Positions 1-10,859 of a stretch of DNA of 46,899 nucleotides are shown here, one piece after another; the first letter of the stretch is position 1; every line of letters begins with the position of its first letter. A model generated the notes under the pieces. It did no database searches and was not told the origin of the DNA. It was given only the letters and a program-made list of their open reading frames with translations. The stretch is from assembly GCA_013115125.1 (NCBI GenBank), contig JABANN010000255.1, forward strand, positions 1 through 46,899, given 5' to 3'. The position numbers were made by a program, and so were the translations under genes. The DNA is from Perkinsus olseni (lineage: Eukaryota).

Positions 1-269
1 CTGCCATTGAGAAGGCTGTTGATGACGCCTTGTCATGGTTGGATAGGAACCAACTCGGTGAGAAGGAAGAGTTTGAGGCGAAGCAGAAGGAGGTTGAGGC
101 TGTTGTTAACCCCATCATGATGAAGGTATACCAGGGTGCTGCTGGTCAGGGTGGCGCCGCTCCAGGCGCTGCTCCTGGTGGTGCAGCCCCTGGTGGTGCG
201 GCTCCTGGTTCTGGTTCCGCCCCTACTGGTGGAAGTGGCTCCGGTCCCACTGTTGAGGAGGTAGACTAA
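1..269 (+). CDS. HSP70: Cytosolic heat shock protein 70, C-terminal part (gene starts upstream of window)
   Basis: Translation [33 protein letters not shown], then GGAAP repeats, ending GPTVEEVD-stop. This is the canonical cytosolic Hsp70 lid and EEVD tail. Confidence 0.97.
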   Translation, partial: AIEKAVDDALSWLDRNQLGEKEEFEAKQKEVEAVVNPIMMKVYQGAAGQGGAAPGAAPGGAAPGGAAPGSGSAPTGGSGSGPTVEEVD

Positions 270-478
270 GATTTAATTATTGTCAAGTGTTAGTTACATA
301 CACCGTCTCTATTGATTGTTCAATCTCAGCACCCGCTGAAGGCAATGCCTTCTAGTGGCAACTGATAATATACACAGTAGATACCCATTTTAATGATACT
401 GCGTAACTGGAGCCTCTTGCGTTGTTATGAGTTACGTGTCATACTCAACTTCAAACATCTACTGAACTCAGTGCGTCG

Positions 479-693
479 TGGATTGACAATTGCTATGGTG
501 AACAAGCAGTCGTTGTGGACGCTCCATCCGAGGGAGATAAGAGGAATTCTGCTATAGATTGATATCGTGAAGATATTATCGTCCGGTTCGACAAGCGGGA
601 TTACGAGTCGTCATCTCACAGCCCAGACGAATTGCTGCGCAGGCTGTATCTGATAGACTTGCTAAAACTGGCCTGAAAGTGTCTGTCACTTAG
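479..693 (+). pseudogene. Degenerate DEAH-box RNA helicase fragment
   Basis: 601-690 reads LRVVISQPRRIAAQAVSDRLAKTG (DEAH motif Ia, TQPRRxAA), bounded by in-frame stops TGA 568-570 and TAG 691-693. A different frame from 479 reads WIDNCYGEQAVVVDAPSEG, resembling a decayed lead-in to Walker A. Confidence 0.6.
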
Positions 694-1739
694 CTCGGCG
701 TCTACGGCAAGCTACTAGGTGATTTCGCCGTGATAGAGGAACACGGGGAGGTTGTTACGATATTCACTCAGATACGGCCTATGTTCTTGACGCGGTCCAT
801 GGGGCAAGTGATATGAGTCACATCACCACGCTCATGGTGTGCGATTGGCAAATTGTGAGTGGCAATTCGCGGAAATTTCTGCAGCGGAAAAATTGGCAAA
901 ATAGCAAAAATGACCAAAAATGGCCCAAAAAGGACCCACAAACCTTTAATGGCATTCCTTCATTTCACTGCGTTGTCTAACTTGAATGGGGTTCGTGACT
1001 TACTTCACACATGAGTAAAACATGAAATTATCTATTTGCTTGCGAACTGCTGCAGTTCAACTTCGAGCATCGCGCAGTTATCGAAGGAGTCTTTCCCTTA
1101 ATAAGTCCACGTCAGTGAGTATGCCACGAAGCCTGGCCCCGCAACGCCGACAAGGCCCTTGTATCTTGTGAACCTTTACGAAACGGGAACTGACAACGCC
1201 TCGTCCAAGCCTTGGACTCCAAGGTCACCAATCGGTTGCGCCTCCACAGTTGAGGCATTTCCTCTCATGTATGAGAGTGGACTCAAATTGAGTCACTCAA
1301 TCTGCAGCAGTTGAACAGCATAACTGATACTCATAATGAGTATAAGTTTTACGGCATTACTGCTGAGTAGCTCACTTACTACACTTCGTTGCGTTGAGCC
1401 ACTGGATTTGATCACAGAGGTACCCTGCCGAATCAGCAATGGTGATTGAATTGTCATCAATCCATGGCTGAGACAGCTCAGATCACCATCTCGCGGATCG
1501 TTGAGCCAGATACCGGAACGGTCCGGTACCAGTAAGGTCGCTAATAATTATCCGGAAAACTTGATCTCACTCAGGTGCCCTCCATTCCGTCATCTATTCG
1601 TAACGCTCAAAAGGACGCGAGCGGAGAGGCACTTTCGAAGCAACGGTTTGACGAGTTTCGTTATTGTGATAAGGAACGCGCCTTGGCCCTTCGGTTGGCT
1701 ATGCCTTGAAGCGTTGTAGCATTGCTAAAGTAGCAAAGT

Positions 1740-2089
1740 CATGGTGGCAAATTGCCACTGGCTATTCATGCCAGGGATTGAGACTCTTTTGAACGACGAC
1801 GATATTGTCCACTCTCATATTCTTTCCTACATTACCAGCCGGAATTGAAAAGCTGCTGAAGTACTGAGCTTTAGCTGAGATGAAGGGGTAAAACTTGTCA
1901 TTCCGCCAGGCCCATGGGTGAAGGACTTACGACTCGCAAGTTGAGGGCGTCACGCTCCGAGGAACGGAACGGTTAGTCGGACTAACTCAGTCCTCATTTC
2001 GACTCCTACCGTATTACGGCAACGTCCCTAACTTTCTCCTTTGTCCGTAACGTCCCTAACGTCCCTGGTTTAGCCACCTTGCCACCGTG
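1740..2089. mobile_element. Possible non-autonomous TIR element (MITE-like)
   Basis: CATGGTGGCAA at 1740-1750 and TTGCCACCGTG at 2079-2089 form an 11-bp inverted repeat with 1 mismatch. Three subterminal AACGTCCCT repeats lie at ~2021-2066. No clear target-site duplication. Confidence 0.35.
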
Positions 2090-2224
2090 GCTTACATATC
2101 GGACAAGGACTTGGACCTACTCTTGTTGGAAGTAATCTTACTGTTGAATACCCGTCCAACGCTCCCTTACTACTACGACGAGGATGAGGCTAAGCGAATG
2201 TTACACCCGATACGCTAATAGTGC

Positions 2225-2257
2225 AATCCCAGCATAGTGTAACACTATGCTGGGATT
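2225..2257. repeat. Perfect 16-bp inverted repeat (hairpin/cruciform)
   Basis: AATCCCAGCATAGTGT-A-ACACTATGCTGGGATT: the arms are exact reverse complements with a 1-nt spacer. Confidence 0.9.
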
Positions 2258-3070
2258 ATACCAGGAGTTGGGGCCGGGAATTCGGCTTCGGGCTTAGCGC
2301 CGAGCCGATTAAGGCCGGTTGTGATACCACTACTGTTCGAACGGAATTCATCGATTATCATTGGAGAACGCTAAAGAAGAAATCCCTGGTTACGTTTACT
2401 CCAAATGCCCTTAAGGAGCAGAGAAGATAGATTTTGACACACGACCCCGATACCGACTGCGACGCACTCAATGACCACGCCGCGGGTATCGATGACGAGG
2501 ACGACGTTCCCGCGACGGGATTCCTGGCCTTGATCGCACGCGCGAACTGGAGGTCCGTCCTGATCGCATTGCATGAACATTCGGGTCAACCTGAAGGTAC
2601 GTGGCAAACGAGGCAAGCACTGGCACAAAGCCGCTGTGATACGCGAGTTGAAGAGCGGTCATGTTAGAGTGGGCACGACGGCTCGCCGGATGAGCGACTG
2701 TGGCTCGACGCCGAGCAGGGGGAACCAGGACACGTGCACGGTCGGTCGGATCGACCGTACGCGTGTTCTGGCAACTGACACGACTATTCTGCTAAGCATG
2801 TTCTGGAAGTGCTTTGTGCGAATTGGTGTTTCGTTGGAAAAGCCCCGATCATATGTACGTACTGCTGAGCGGTACTGCTCAGAGCAGTGTGCTTCAGTGC
2901 GCGCACCTGCCTTCCGGCCATGCAGGTAGAGGTAGACCGCCCGAACGGTACGTATAAATGCATGAGAAGTTTGTGCTCTTACGCTTGTTGCACTCAGTAA
3001 ATTACTGACAGTAATGGTCAGTGACCATTGGTTACCCTCACACGGTAACACAACGCTGGCTGAATGGTGC

Positions 3071-3773
3071 TCAGGAATAAGCGACTTTATTTATACCATT
3101 ACGATCAAGCCTGAACTTGATCCATTCGGGCATCTTCGCAGCGCCAATCCTCTCATAAAATTCATGAGCCTTCACGTTCCAGTCAAGAGCTTCCCATTCA
3201 ACCCTCGCACACCCTCTGTCGGCGGCAAATTTAGTAACGTACTTCAGCATCGCAAGGCCTATCCCCTTCGACCGACTATGCTCGAGTACATAAAGATCTT
3301 CAAGATGAATGGACCTGACGAGCCAACTCCAACCAGCAACCCCTCCTACCAGGAAACCCACCTGCCCTCCCAAGTTGAGTAGACCGGAAAGAACAAGACA
3401 AAGCCTACAGCTTCCCCATTGACCTCAGCAATGGCGGCCCAGTAGTGGCCATCATTGAAGTCCACCCGTAGCGTCTCGGGGGTGACCTAAGGCAGCAGCC
3501 TAGCGGACAATGGGTCCGACAGCAGCGGACCTCAACAGCCTCGGGCATCCTCTCGAAGTGGGCCAACCTCTTGACCATCCCGTGTATGGTATGCGAGTCA
3601 GCGACAATACCGGCACGAACAACCAGCTTTTCGCCAGTATCCAGCCATTCCTCGATGCGCACTGGAGGATGCCTCGGCTGCCTCGAACGATACAGCAGAG
3701 CCGCCATGGCTCCTGTAGCGATCACAGCTAGGGCCCCGGTGACAGCACGAGTCGATAAGTCGAATTTGTCCAT
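3071..3773 (-). CDS. GNAT-family (diamine/SSAT-like) N-acetyltransferase A with N-terminal hydrophobic anchor; 3 exons
   Basis: ATG at 3773; GT-AG introns 3487-3530 and 3315-3361. Spliced product includes LAHFERMPEAVEVTPETLRVDF...VGFVLFFPVYSTWEGRSIHLEDLYVLEHSRSKGIG...EWEALDWNVKAHEFYERIGA, typical SSAT-type GNAT motifs. Confidence 0.9.
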
Positions 3774-3977
3774 CAAAATCCGCCGAACTTGGGCGACTAC
3801 TCACAAGCGGACTTCCCGACAGGGGCGACAAGCCGTTGTTACGAATGCCGATCGTGAGAACCGACTCTCCTTGCAGTTGAGAAGTTATCCCTACTAGAAT
3901 GATGACCACCAGGATTGCATCACCGAGCTCAACTCAATGCCAGTACCAGAGAGATGGCAGAAACTGAGAGTTTTACT

Positions 3978-5031
3978 TCAATTCGAGGAGGCCAAAGCTG
4001 CGATACCGTCATGATCCAGAACGAAGGGTATCCACTCCGACTCCTTCTTGGCTCCAATACTCTCATAGAAACGATGAGCACCAACGTTCCAGTCGACGGC
4101 CGACCAGTCCATTCTAGCGTAGCCTTCACGAGCCGCGAGCTTAGCCACGTACTCAATCAAACTGCGGCCAATACCTTCGCCCCGGAGGTCTTCGTCGACA
4201 TAGATGTCCTCAAGATGAATTGATCTGCGAAATTCGCAGTGCGAATACGACCGGTCCAATCTCATCCCAGGCAGAAACAGCCATTCGAAAAACAAAAATC
4301 ACGACCGACTTGCGAGATCGACAGCCGAGAATACTCTCACATATCGGCCATCACGGTCTATGTGACCATCGTGAGAAGTCTCTGGCACACCCCTTTCGCT
4401 TACTTGCCATCCCAAGTCGAGTATCCTGGGTAGAAGAGAGCATACCCCACTGGACTGCCTTCAACCTCCGCGATGGCTGTGTGGTAGCGGCCGGCCAGGA
4501 AGTCCTTTAGAAGGTCATACGACGATATCTGGACAGTGCCGGTCAAACGGTTGATGACAGGATAGGCCTACGTTGAGATTGTTAGAGGAATGTCTTATTG
4601 TGTCTATCTCCCAATCTCAGTGTACATGCGTGCACCCTTTTAGCTATGGTAACACTGGTTGGTTGTTGTGCGATCAGTATTGATGAGATTGGTATAAGTC
4701 AGTCCGTAGCCATCTTGGCTCAAGTTCTGAACTGTTGGGTTCAGTCAATGTCTGACAACCCTCAAGGGAGCGGAACACCTGCCGTTAATAGATCCTCGGG
4801 CAGTTTTTGGAAGAGGACCAACTTCTCGAGCATCGTATAGATCTGGTGTGAATCGGCCGCCGTTCCCTCTCTAACGACGAGTTGCCGGCCGTCGCTGAGC
4901 CGCTTCTCGACTTGAAGAGCAGTTCGACCGCGTCGGCGCTTCATAACAGCCAGGAGGCCCACGGCCATGCAGAGACCAGCTCCCGCCGCGGTGGCCGCAG
5001 GGATGATGGAGGAGGAACGAAAATGTAGCAT
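3978..5031 (-). CDS. GNAT-family (SSAT-like) N-acetyltransferase B, tandem paralogue; first intron enlarged, intactness uncertain
   Basis: Exon 1 (5031-4783) reads ...LVVREGTAADSHQIYTMLEKLVLFQKLPEDLLT. Exon 2 from 4528 reads ISSYDLLKDFLAGRYHTAIAEVEGSPVGYALFYPGYSTWDGK. The last exon reads SIHLEDIYVDEDLRGEGIG...WNVGAHRFYESIGA. Joining exons 1 and 2 in frame needs a GC-AG intron at 4782-4529. Confidence 0.75.
4703..4782 (+). ncRNA. Perkinsus-type spliced leader (4703-4724) with SL-RNA-like downstream sequence; SL RNA gene, pseudogene or SL relic
   Basis: TCCGTAGCCATCTTGGCTCAAG matches the perkinsid 22-nt SL (ACCGTAGCCATCTTGGCTCAAG; dinoflagellate form DCCGTAGCCATTTTGGCTCAAG) at all but the first base. 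It is followed by hairpin CTGAAC-tgttgg-GTTCAG, an AATGTCTGA segment and a CCC-tcaa-GGG stem. No GT directly after the leader. Confidence 0.7.
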
Positions 5032-5231
5032 TTAGAGAAGAAACTATTGTTGATTATAGACCAGCTATAGAAACAAGGCAGAGCAGGTCTTATCAGCCGC
5101 GTCCTGCTGGATCTATACCCCTACCCTCAGCCAACCTTGACCAGGGGTCGTCATCGATGATGGAAAAGGATGATGATATACAAGGCATCCATGCAAACGT
5201 GTTCGGCAGGGCGGTTTCCAGTTCCCCACGA

Positions 5232-8200
5232 CTATCCGCCGCTCTTTGTCGTCCCTCTCAGCTCATCATTCTCCTTCCTTGCGACAGTCAAAGCTCTCCT
5301 AGTGGCACCCAGCATCGCTGTAGTCGCCATCAGCTCACTCCTCGTAGTTTCTAGTGCCGTTACTGTCTCTCGACCAGTCTGATACCACTCCTTCCAGAGA
5401 TCACATTCCCAACCCCCTCTCCTACCGTGGAGGTTGTCGTGAGCTCATGTTTGAGGTCGGTGATGAGGTTGTCCTTCTCAACGCTACGCTTCTCCACTTC
5501 CTCCACTTGCGCCTTGTACTCGGCCATTCGATCTTCCAGCCTCTGCTGTTCCATACGAATGAAGCTCAGCTCGCTCTCCAGACGAATCTTGTCGTCCGTC
5601 AACTCCGACGCCATTTCCTCGGCATTGAGACGGCTACAACAACAAAAAAACTTTGTCAAGAATCAATTTTGTATCTCGCACCCTCATAGCTACGACACTT
5701 TCCACCCGAATAACCGCCATTGAGACACTAGATGGCGCTATCGTGGAAGGCATGGTAAGTTCCCAAGCACTGGAGGGCGACTCATGGCTACTACTGGGAC
5801 CACACCTCTATCGTGGACGTCCAGACCAGTGCGAGCCGCGACACCACATGATGATAAGAAACGATAAGGCCCCCGCCCACTACGCTTGCTTCTCCATCTC
5901 TCGTTCCCCTTCAACCGACTTGGCTAACTCCTTCAAACGTTTAACGGCCTCCTCAGTTTCCTACACCAGCGACAACCCCGACTGCATCGCTCGCTTCTCA
6001 CCTCGTGCGTCTTCCTCAACTCCGCCTCATCGCGGGAGTGCCTGTCAATCTCCTCCATCTTCACTGTTATCTCACTCTTGGCCTCCCTCAGCTCCTCCTT
6101 GCACTCCGTCAGCTCGAGCGTGGTCCTTTCCAGCTCTACTTTGATCTTCTCCAGCAGGCCTTCAACCATCACTCGTTTCTCCGTAGCTTCCACCAGCTCA
6201 GCTCTGGCAGCTTCCCTGTCTCTCTCGACCTGACCAAAAAGCTCCCTACTGGACGACAAAACCCAACCAGTCTGACCTGACTCAGTCTTGCCTTCACTTC
6301 TTCCGTCCTCTCCTTCTCCACCCTCATCTCCTCCTCCATTCCTCCAACAGCCTCCTTCAACCCCTCAATCTCCTTCTCATACATCTGTCTCTGCCAAGCT
6401 TCCCTCACCAACTCGTTCTCCTTGCTCATGAGCTGCCTCCTAGTGGCCGCCAATGCCTCACTGGCCTCCTCGAGTTCCGTTGAGGAGCAGTCTAGTTTAC
6501 CCTGCAGCTCATCACAGCGGCTCTCTGCCATTCTCAGCTCCTCCCTGGCCTTCGCCTCTCGCTTGTCTCTTGCGGTGGATTCCTCCTTCAACCTCTCAGT
6601 CAGGGCCTCCGCTCTGCCAAGCTTCATCTGAAGCTCTTCTACAGAAGACCCTAGCTCTTTCTCTCGCAAGGCGCTCCTCTCCACCTCCGCCTTCAACAAC
6701 GCTATCTCTGAGTCCGCCGAGGTCAGCCTCTTCTCCAGTTCTTCGGCAGACCTCCGCAAATCAGCAATAACCTCATCCTTCTCCTCCTTGGCCTCCTCTG
6801 CGGCCTTCAGGCTGGCGATGATCTTGCTTCGCTCCGCCACAAGCCCCTGACATTTTTCGTCCAACTCCTCAGCCCTCTTCATCTCCTCTTGCACCTTCCT
6901 CTCCGCCTCTTCCAGGTCCCGGACTACCTCCTCCCTGGCCTCGACCGCTGCCTTCCGAGTGCACTCCAGCTTCTCCCTCAACTCCTCACACTCCTCCTTC
7001 AGGCCCTCACCCTTCACCTGCTTCTCCTCTTCCAACTCCTCAACCTTCGCAGCCAGCCTAGCCTCCCCAGCGACAGCCTTCTGACAGGCCGCCTTGGCGT
7101 CTCCTAGATCCCCCCTCAACTGGCATCGCTGGTCCTCGAGCTCAGTAATGGTCTGCCTGTCGTCAGCAAGTTCCCTCTCCTTCGCCTCTACAACTGCCTT
7201 TAACTCCCTCAGCTCCACCTTAATCATCACCAACTCACCCGAGAATCGCGCCTCCTTCTCGGCCACCACGTCTTCCAGCTTCTCCTTTTCCTCCCTGAGC
7301 CTCTCCAGCTCCTCTCTCCTCGCCCGAAGGCCGTCTAATTCCTTCATAAGCTCCCCCTCCTTCGCCTCCGCCTCCTCAGCCCTCTTCTCAGCTTCCCGGC
7401 GTCTGGCAACTTCCTCGCCTAGCTTATCTCGAAGGCAAGCCATCCCCTCAGCCAAGCCCGCCCTCTCCTTCTCCAACTCTATCTTGAGACCCTCACAGAC
7501 CCCCTCAGCAATCATCTTCTCCTCAGTGGCCGCCTTCAACGACTCAATGCTCTCCCTCATCATCACCTCTCCCCTGTTGAGAGCATCCCTGGCAATCTCC
7601 AAGTCCCCCTGAAGCCTCTCAGCGAGCTCCTTCAACTCCTCCATCTCCTCCCTCTCCCGCTCCTCCTTCTCACCCAGCCTCGCCACGTCCTCCACAGCCG
7701 AATCAGCTCGATCGACCTCAGCCTCGAGCCTGTCTCTAAGCCGGGCTAGCTCACTCTCCAACAGCTCCCTCTGAACTCTGTACTTTCTCATACCCTCAAC
7801 CTCCCTCATCAGCTCAGCCTCCCTCCCTTCTGCCTTGGAAAGCTCCTCTTCAGCAGCCTTAAGCGCAGCTTTCAACGCGCCCTCTTCCTCCCTCGCTCTT
7901 CCACACTCCTTCTCCAAGGACTCCATCTCACCTTTGATCCTCGTAACCTCACGCCAAGCACCGACCTCCGCTTCATCCCTCTCGGCTTTGAGCTCCTCGA
8001 AGCGCTCCTGCACCGCGGCAAGGGCCTCGACTTGATCACGCAGCTCCTCCAGCTCGATCTCCTTCTCCTTCCCAACCTCAGCCAAGATACTCTTCAGTCT
8101 GATCACCTCTCTCTTCTCCCTATTAGCTTCCAGCGCCATCTCCTCCAGCTCTCGTTCCTTTCCTTCCAACTCCTGCTCTCTCTGCAGGACGGTCGCCTCT

Positions 8201-10638
8201 ACGCATCGCCACTCCCCCACCTTCGCCTCCAGCACATCATAAAAAGCCTCAGGTGTGACCTTACCGGCGATACCCAGGTCACCGAGGATGCCTTCGGGGA
8301 CCTCAAAGGCCTCGACCTCAGCCTGCAGCCGAGCCAGTTCCTCCTCCAGCTCACCGTTGCGCTTCTTCAACTCCTCCCCCCGCGACTCGAGCCTCTTCAC
8401 CTCTCGCTCAGCCTCCTCTGCCACACTCCTTATCAACTCTACCTCCACTAGCAGGGAGTTCTCAGTCTCCACCGCGGTCTTCTGTACCCCATCCAACTCC
8501 GCCTTCATAGCCACCTCCCTCTCCTCGACCTCCTTCAGCCTCTCCACCACCCCAGCCGGGCCTCCGTTTTCCTCAACAGCGCCTCTCAGCGCGGCCATCT
8601 CCTCCTCGACACCTACCTTCTCCTCCCTCACCCGCTCAATTGCCTCCTCCAGCTCAGTGTTGAGGCAGCGATAGTGATCGAGCTTAGCCTTGAGCCTTTC
8701 GCCCTCCAAAGCCATGGCCTCCATATCACTCTCGTGATCCTCCCTCGCACGATCGGCAATCTCCTCGCCCATTCTCCTAGCCCTCTCAGCCTCGGCAGCA
8801 CGGCTGTCGGCCTCCACCCGCCTGGCCTTTTCTACCTCTACCGCCTCCCGTAGCCTCGCCAGCTCCTCCTCCTCAATGCCGCTCCCAGCCACCAAGTTCA
8901 CGGAGTTAACATTCTCATCATTCTCCTGTTCCTCCTCAGCCTTAGCCAGCCTGACCGCCTCTCTCTCCTTCAGCACCAACATCTCCCCGCGTAGAGCCTC
9001 CCCCTCAGCCCTGACCCTCTCCAACTCCTCCATCACTCCAGCGTGCACGACCTGCAACCGATGACATGAACCGCAGCGGACGTCGGTGCCCAAATACCAC
9101 CTCCAGTTTCTCGTACTCCGGGCGGACATCATCCACCTTTGACAGGGCCACCTCAGCGTTCGCCGCCTCACACCTAGCAACCTCAGCCGCGTGCCGAGCC
9201 TCCGCTAGCTCCCCACGGAGACCTGCCACCGAGCACCTTTGCCCTACCAACGGCCCATCGCCTACCCTTAGTCTCAGCCTCGAGCTCCTCCACCCTATTT
9301 TCCATCTCCGAGGACCGGGCCTGCTGTGACCAGCTAGCCGTCCCGCCGGCAGGCCGCCCGACTTACTTCAGATGAAGACACTTTTCCCTCTACGACTGGG
9401 GTGATGAACTTAACCGATAAAAAGTAGACCGCCGCCGTCCACATAGCAGAGGCCACCACGAGGAAGGGCAGCTGCATCGATTAATCGAAGCATGACCATA
9501 CCAGCCACCCTCACTACCCCAAAGCCGAGGAAGTTGAAAGCAGCCATGGGCCCCACTGAGGCCGACAACAGGACGGCTCCCATGATCGGTGACATGAGCC
9601 GACTTTTCTGTCCAGCGGTCACCGCAGTTCCACCGGTATTGTCGCTACCGGAACTGAGAAGCAGGACGTGGAAGCCCCAATGCGTTTCTGCTGGCTTACC
9701 GGGTGATGTCATCGCTATTCTGACGTCTAGTGGCGCGCGGGCCACGGTGAGCGGCAGTGGTAGCAGCCTGCTTACGGGAGGGCATTAGAGGGCGAACCAA
9801 GCACTAGGGTGGAGGTCACCACCCACCGCCAGCCCAACACAAGACAAAGACATAGAAAACAGCTTCAATCATAATCACTCTGTTGGGGATCCGGAGGCAT
9901 CCCGTCCAGCCGGAGGAGCTTCCTCTGCCGCTCTGGCCCGCCACTCTCCCTCGCCCTCTTGGACACTCGACCCGGCCCTTCTCCTGAGCATCAGGATGGA
10001 CCACCACACAGGAGTTCACCTACGATCGACATGCAGCCGGCGATACTCTCTGAAGTCCTCAACTTCGAAAACATAACCGAACTCAGGCCGGGCCGTCTTG
10101 CGACCGAAGAGCACAACGTCGCCTACGAGGGGACGAAATGGCTGGTGGCACTAGAAGCTCTTGCTTTCTTCGGAGAGATACCCGGCGCCAGCTCTTGCTC
10201 CTCCCTGACAGCCTTGCCGTTCACATACACTCCGTTGACACTCCGAAGATCCTTCAACACGAAGTCACAAGGGCCTGCGGGCCGAAGGAAATTACCGCGC
10301 GCCACGAAAATAGTAACCGCATGTGATTAGCAACGTGTTGACCCGAGTAGCCAGCTCCATCAAGCGACTACGCCAGGTCCGATTCTATCTCAGAACACAA
10401 CGACGACTCTCCTCGAAGCTGCCGCTATTGGGCTCGGCCATACCGACCCACCTCTCCTCTCTATGACCGCATGTTCTCTACTGAGCGTCCTAGGGTAAAG
10501 GACAGAGTCCAAGTACACGTCCGACTCCACCGCTCGGCCAATGAAGCATCTCTGAACATGACAAGAAGTATGATTTCCCCTCTCAGTCAGTACCCACCCT
10601 ACCTCCCTCCCAAGATGGACCACATGGGGCACGTCCAT
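5232..10638 (-). CDS. FHA-domain + very long coiled-coil protein (multi-exon)
   Basis: 5' exons encode FHA motifs CFIGRAVESDVYLDSVLYPRTLSREHAVI and FVLKDLRSVNGVYVNGKAV. A Ser/Pro-rich linker follows, then a ~2.8 kb E/K/R/A-rich heptad exon (~6283-9053). The last exon ends ...RKENDELRGTTKSGG-stop at 5232. A single gene is inferred from splice-like boundaries. Confidence 0.7.
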
Positions 10639-10859
10639 AGTAGGCCTGCAGCTGCTAAGGAGGACGAGATGGGCTTCGCACGCACCTAGTGACGGCCAAC
10701 TACCTCTACAGCCCTCACGGAAATGATCAAAAAACGCCAAAGAAGGATCCGCTTTCAACAATTGCCACGACCCGGAGTCTTTCCACATCCTCCTGAAATC
10801 CCGAAAACAGCAAGGCCTCCAAAATTCCTAGCAATGCCAGGGGATATCGTTATTCGGCA

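Noticed and set aside
148-250. GC-rich repeats at the HSP70 3' end
   Set aside because: Ordinary GGAP/GGMP-type linker of cytosolic Hsp70.
4762-5031. Third independent GNAT gene
   Set aside because: This ORF supplies exactly the first exon that the 3978-4528 exons lack, so one interrupted gene is more parsimonious.
6422-9064. Many Ser/Leu-rich plus-strand ORFs
   Set aside because: Antisense shadows of the Glu/Lys-rich coiled-coil exon.
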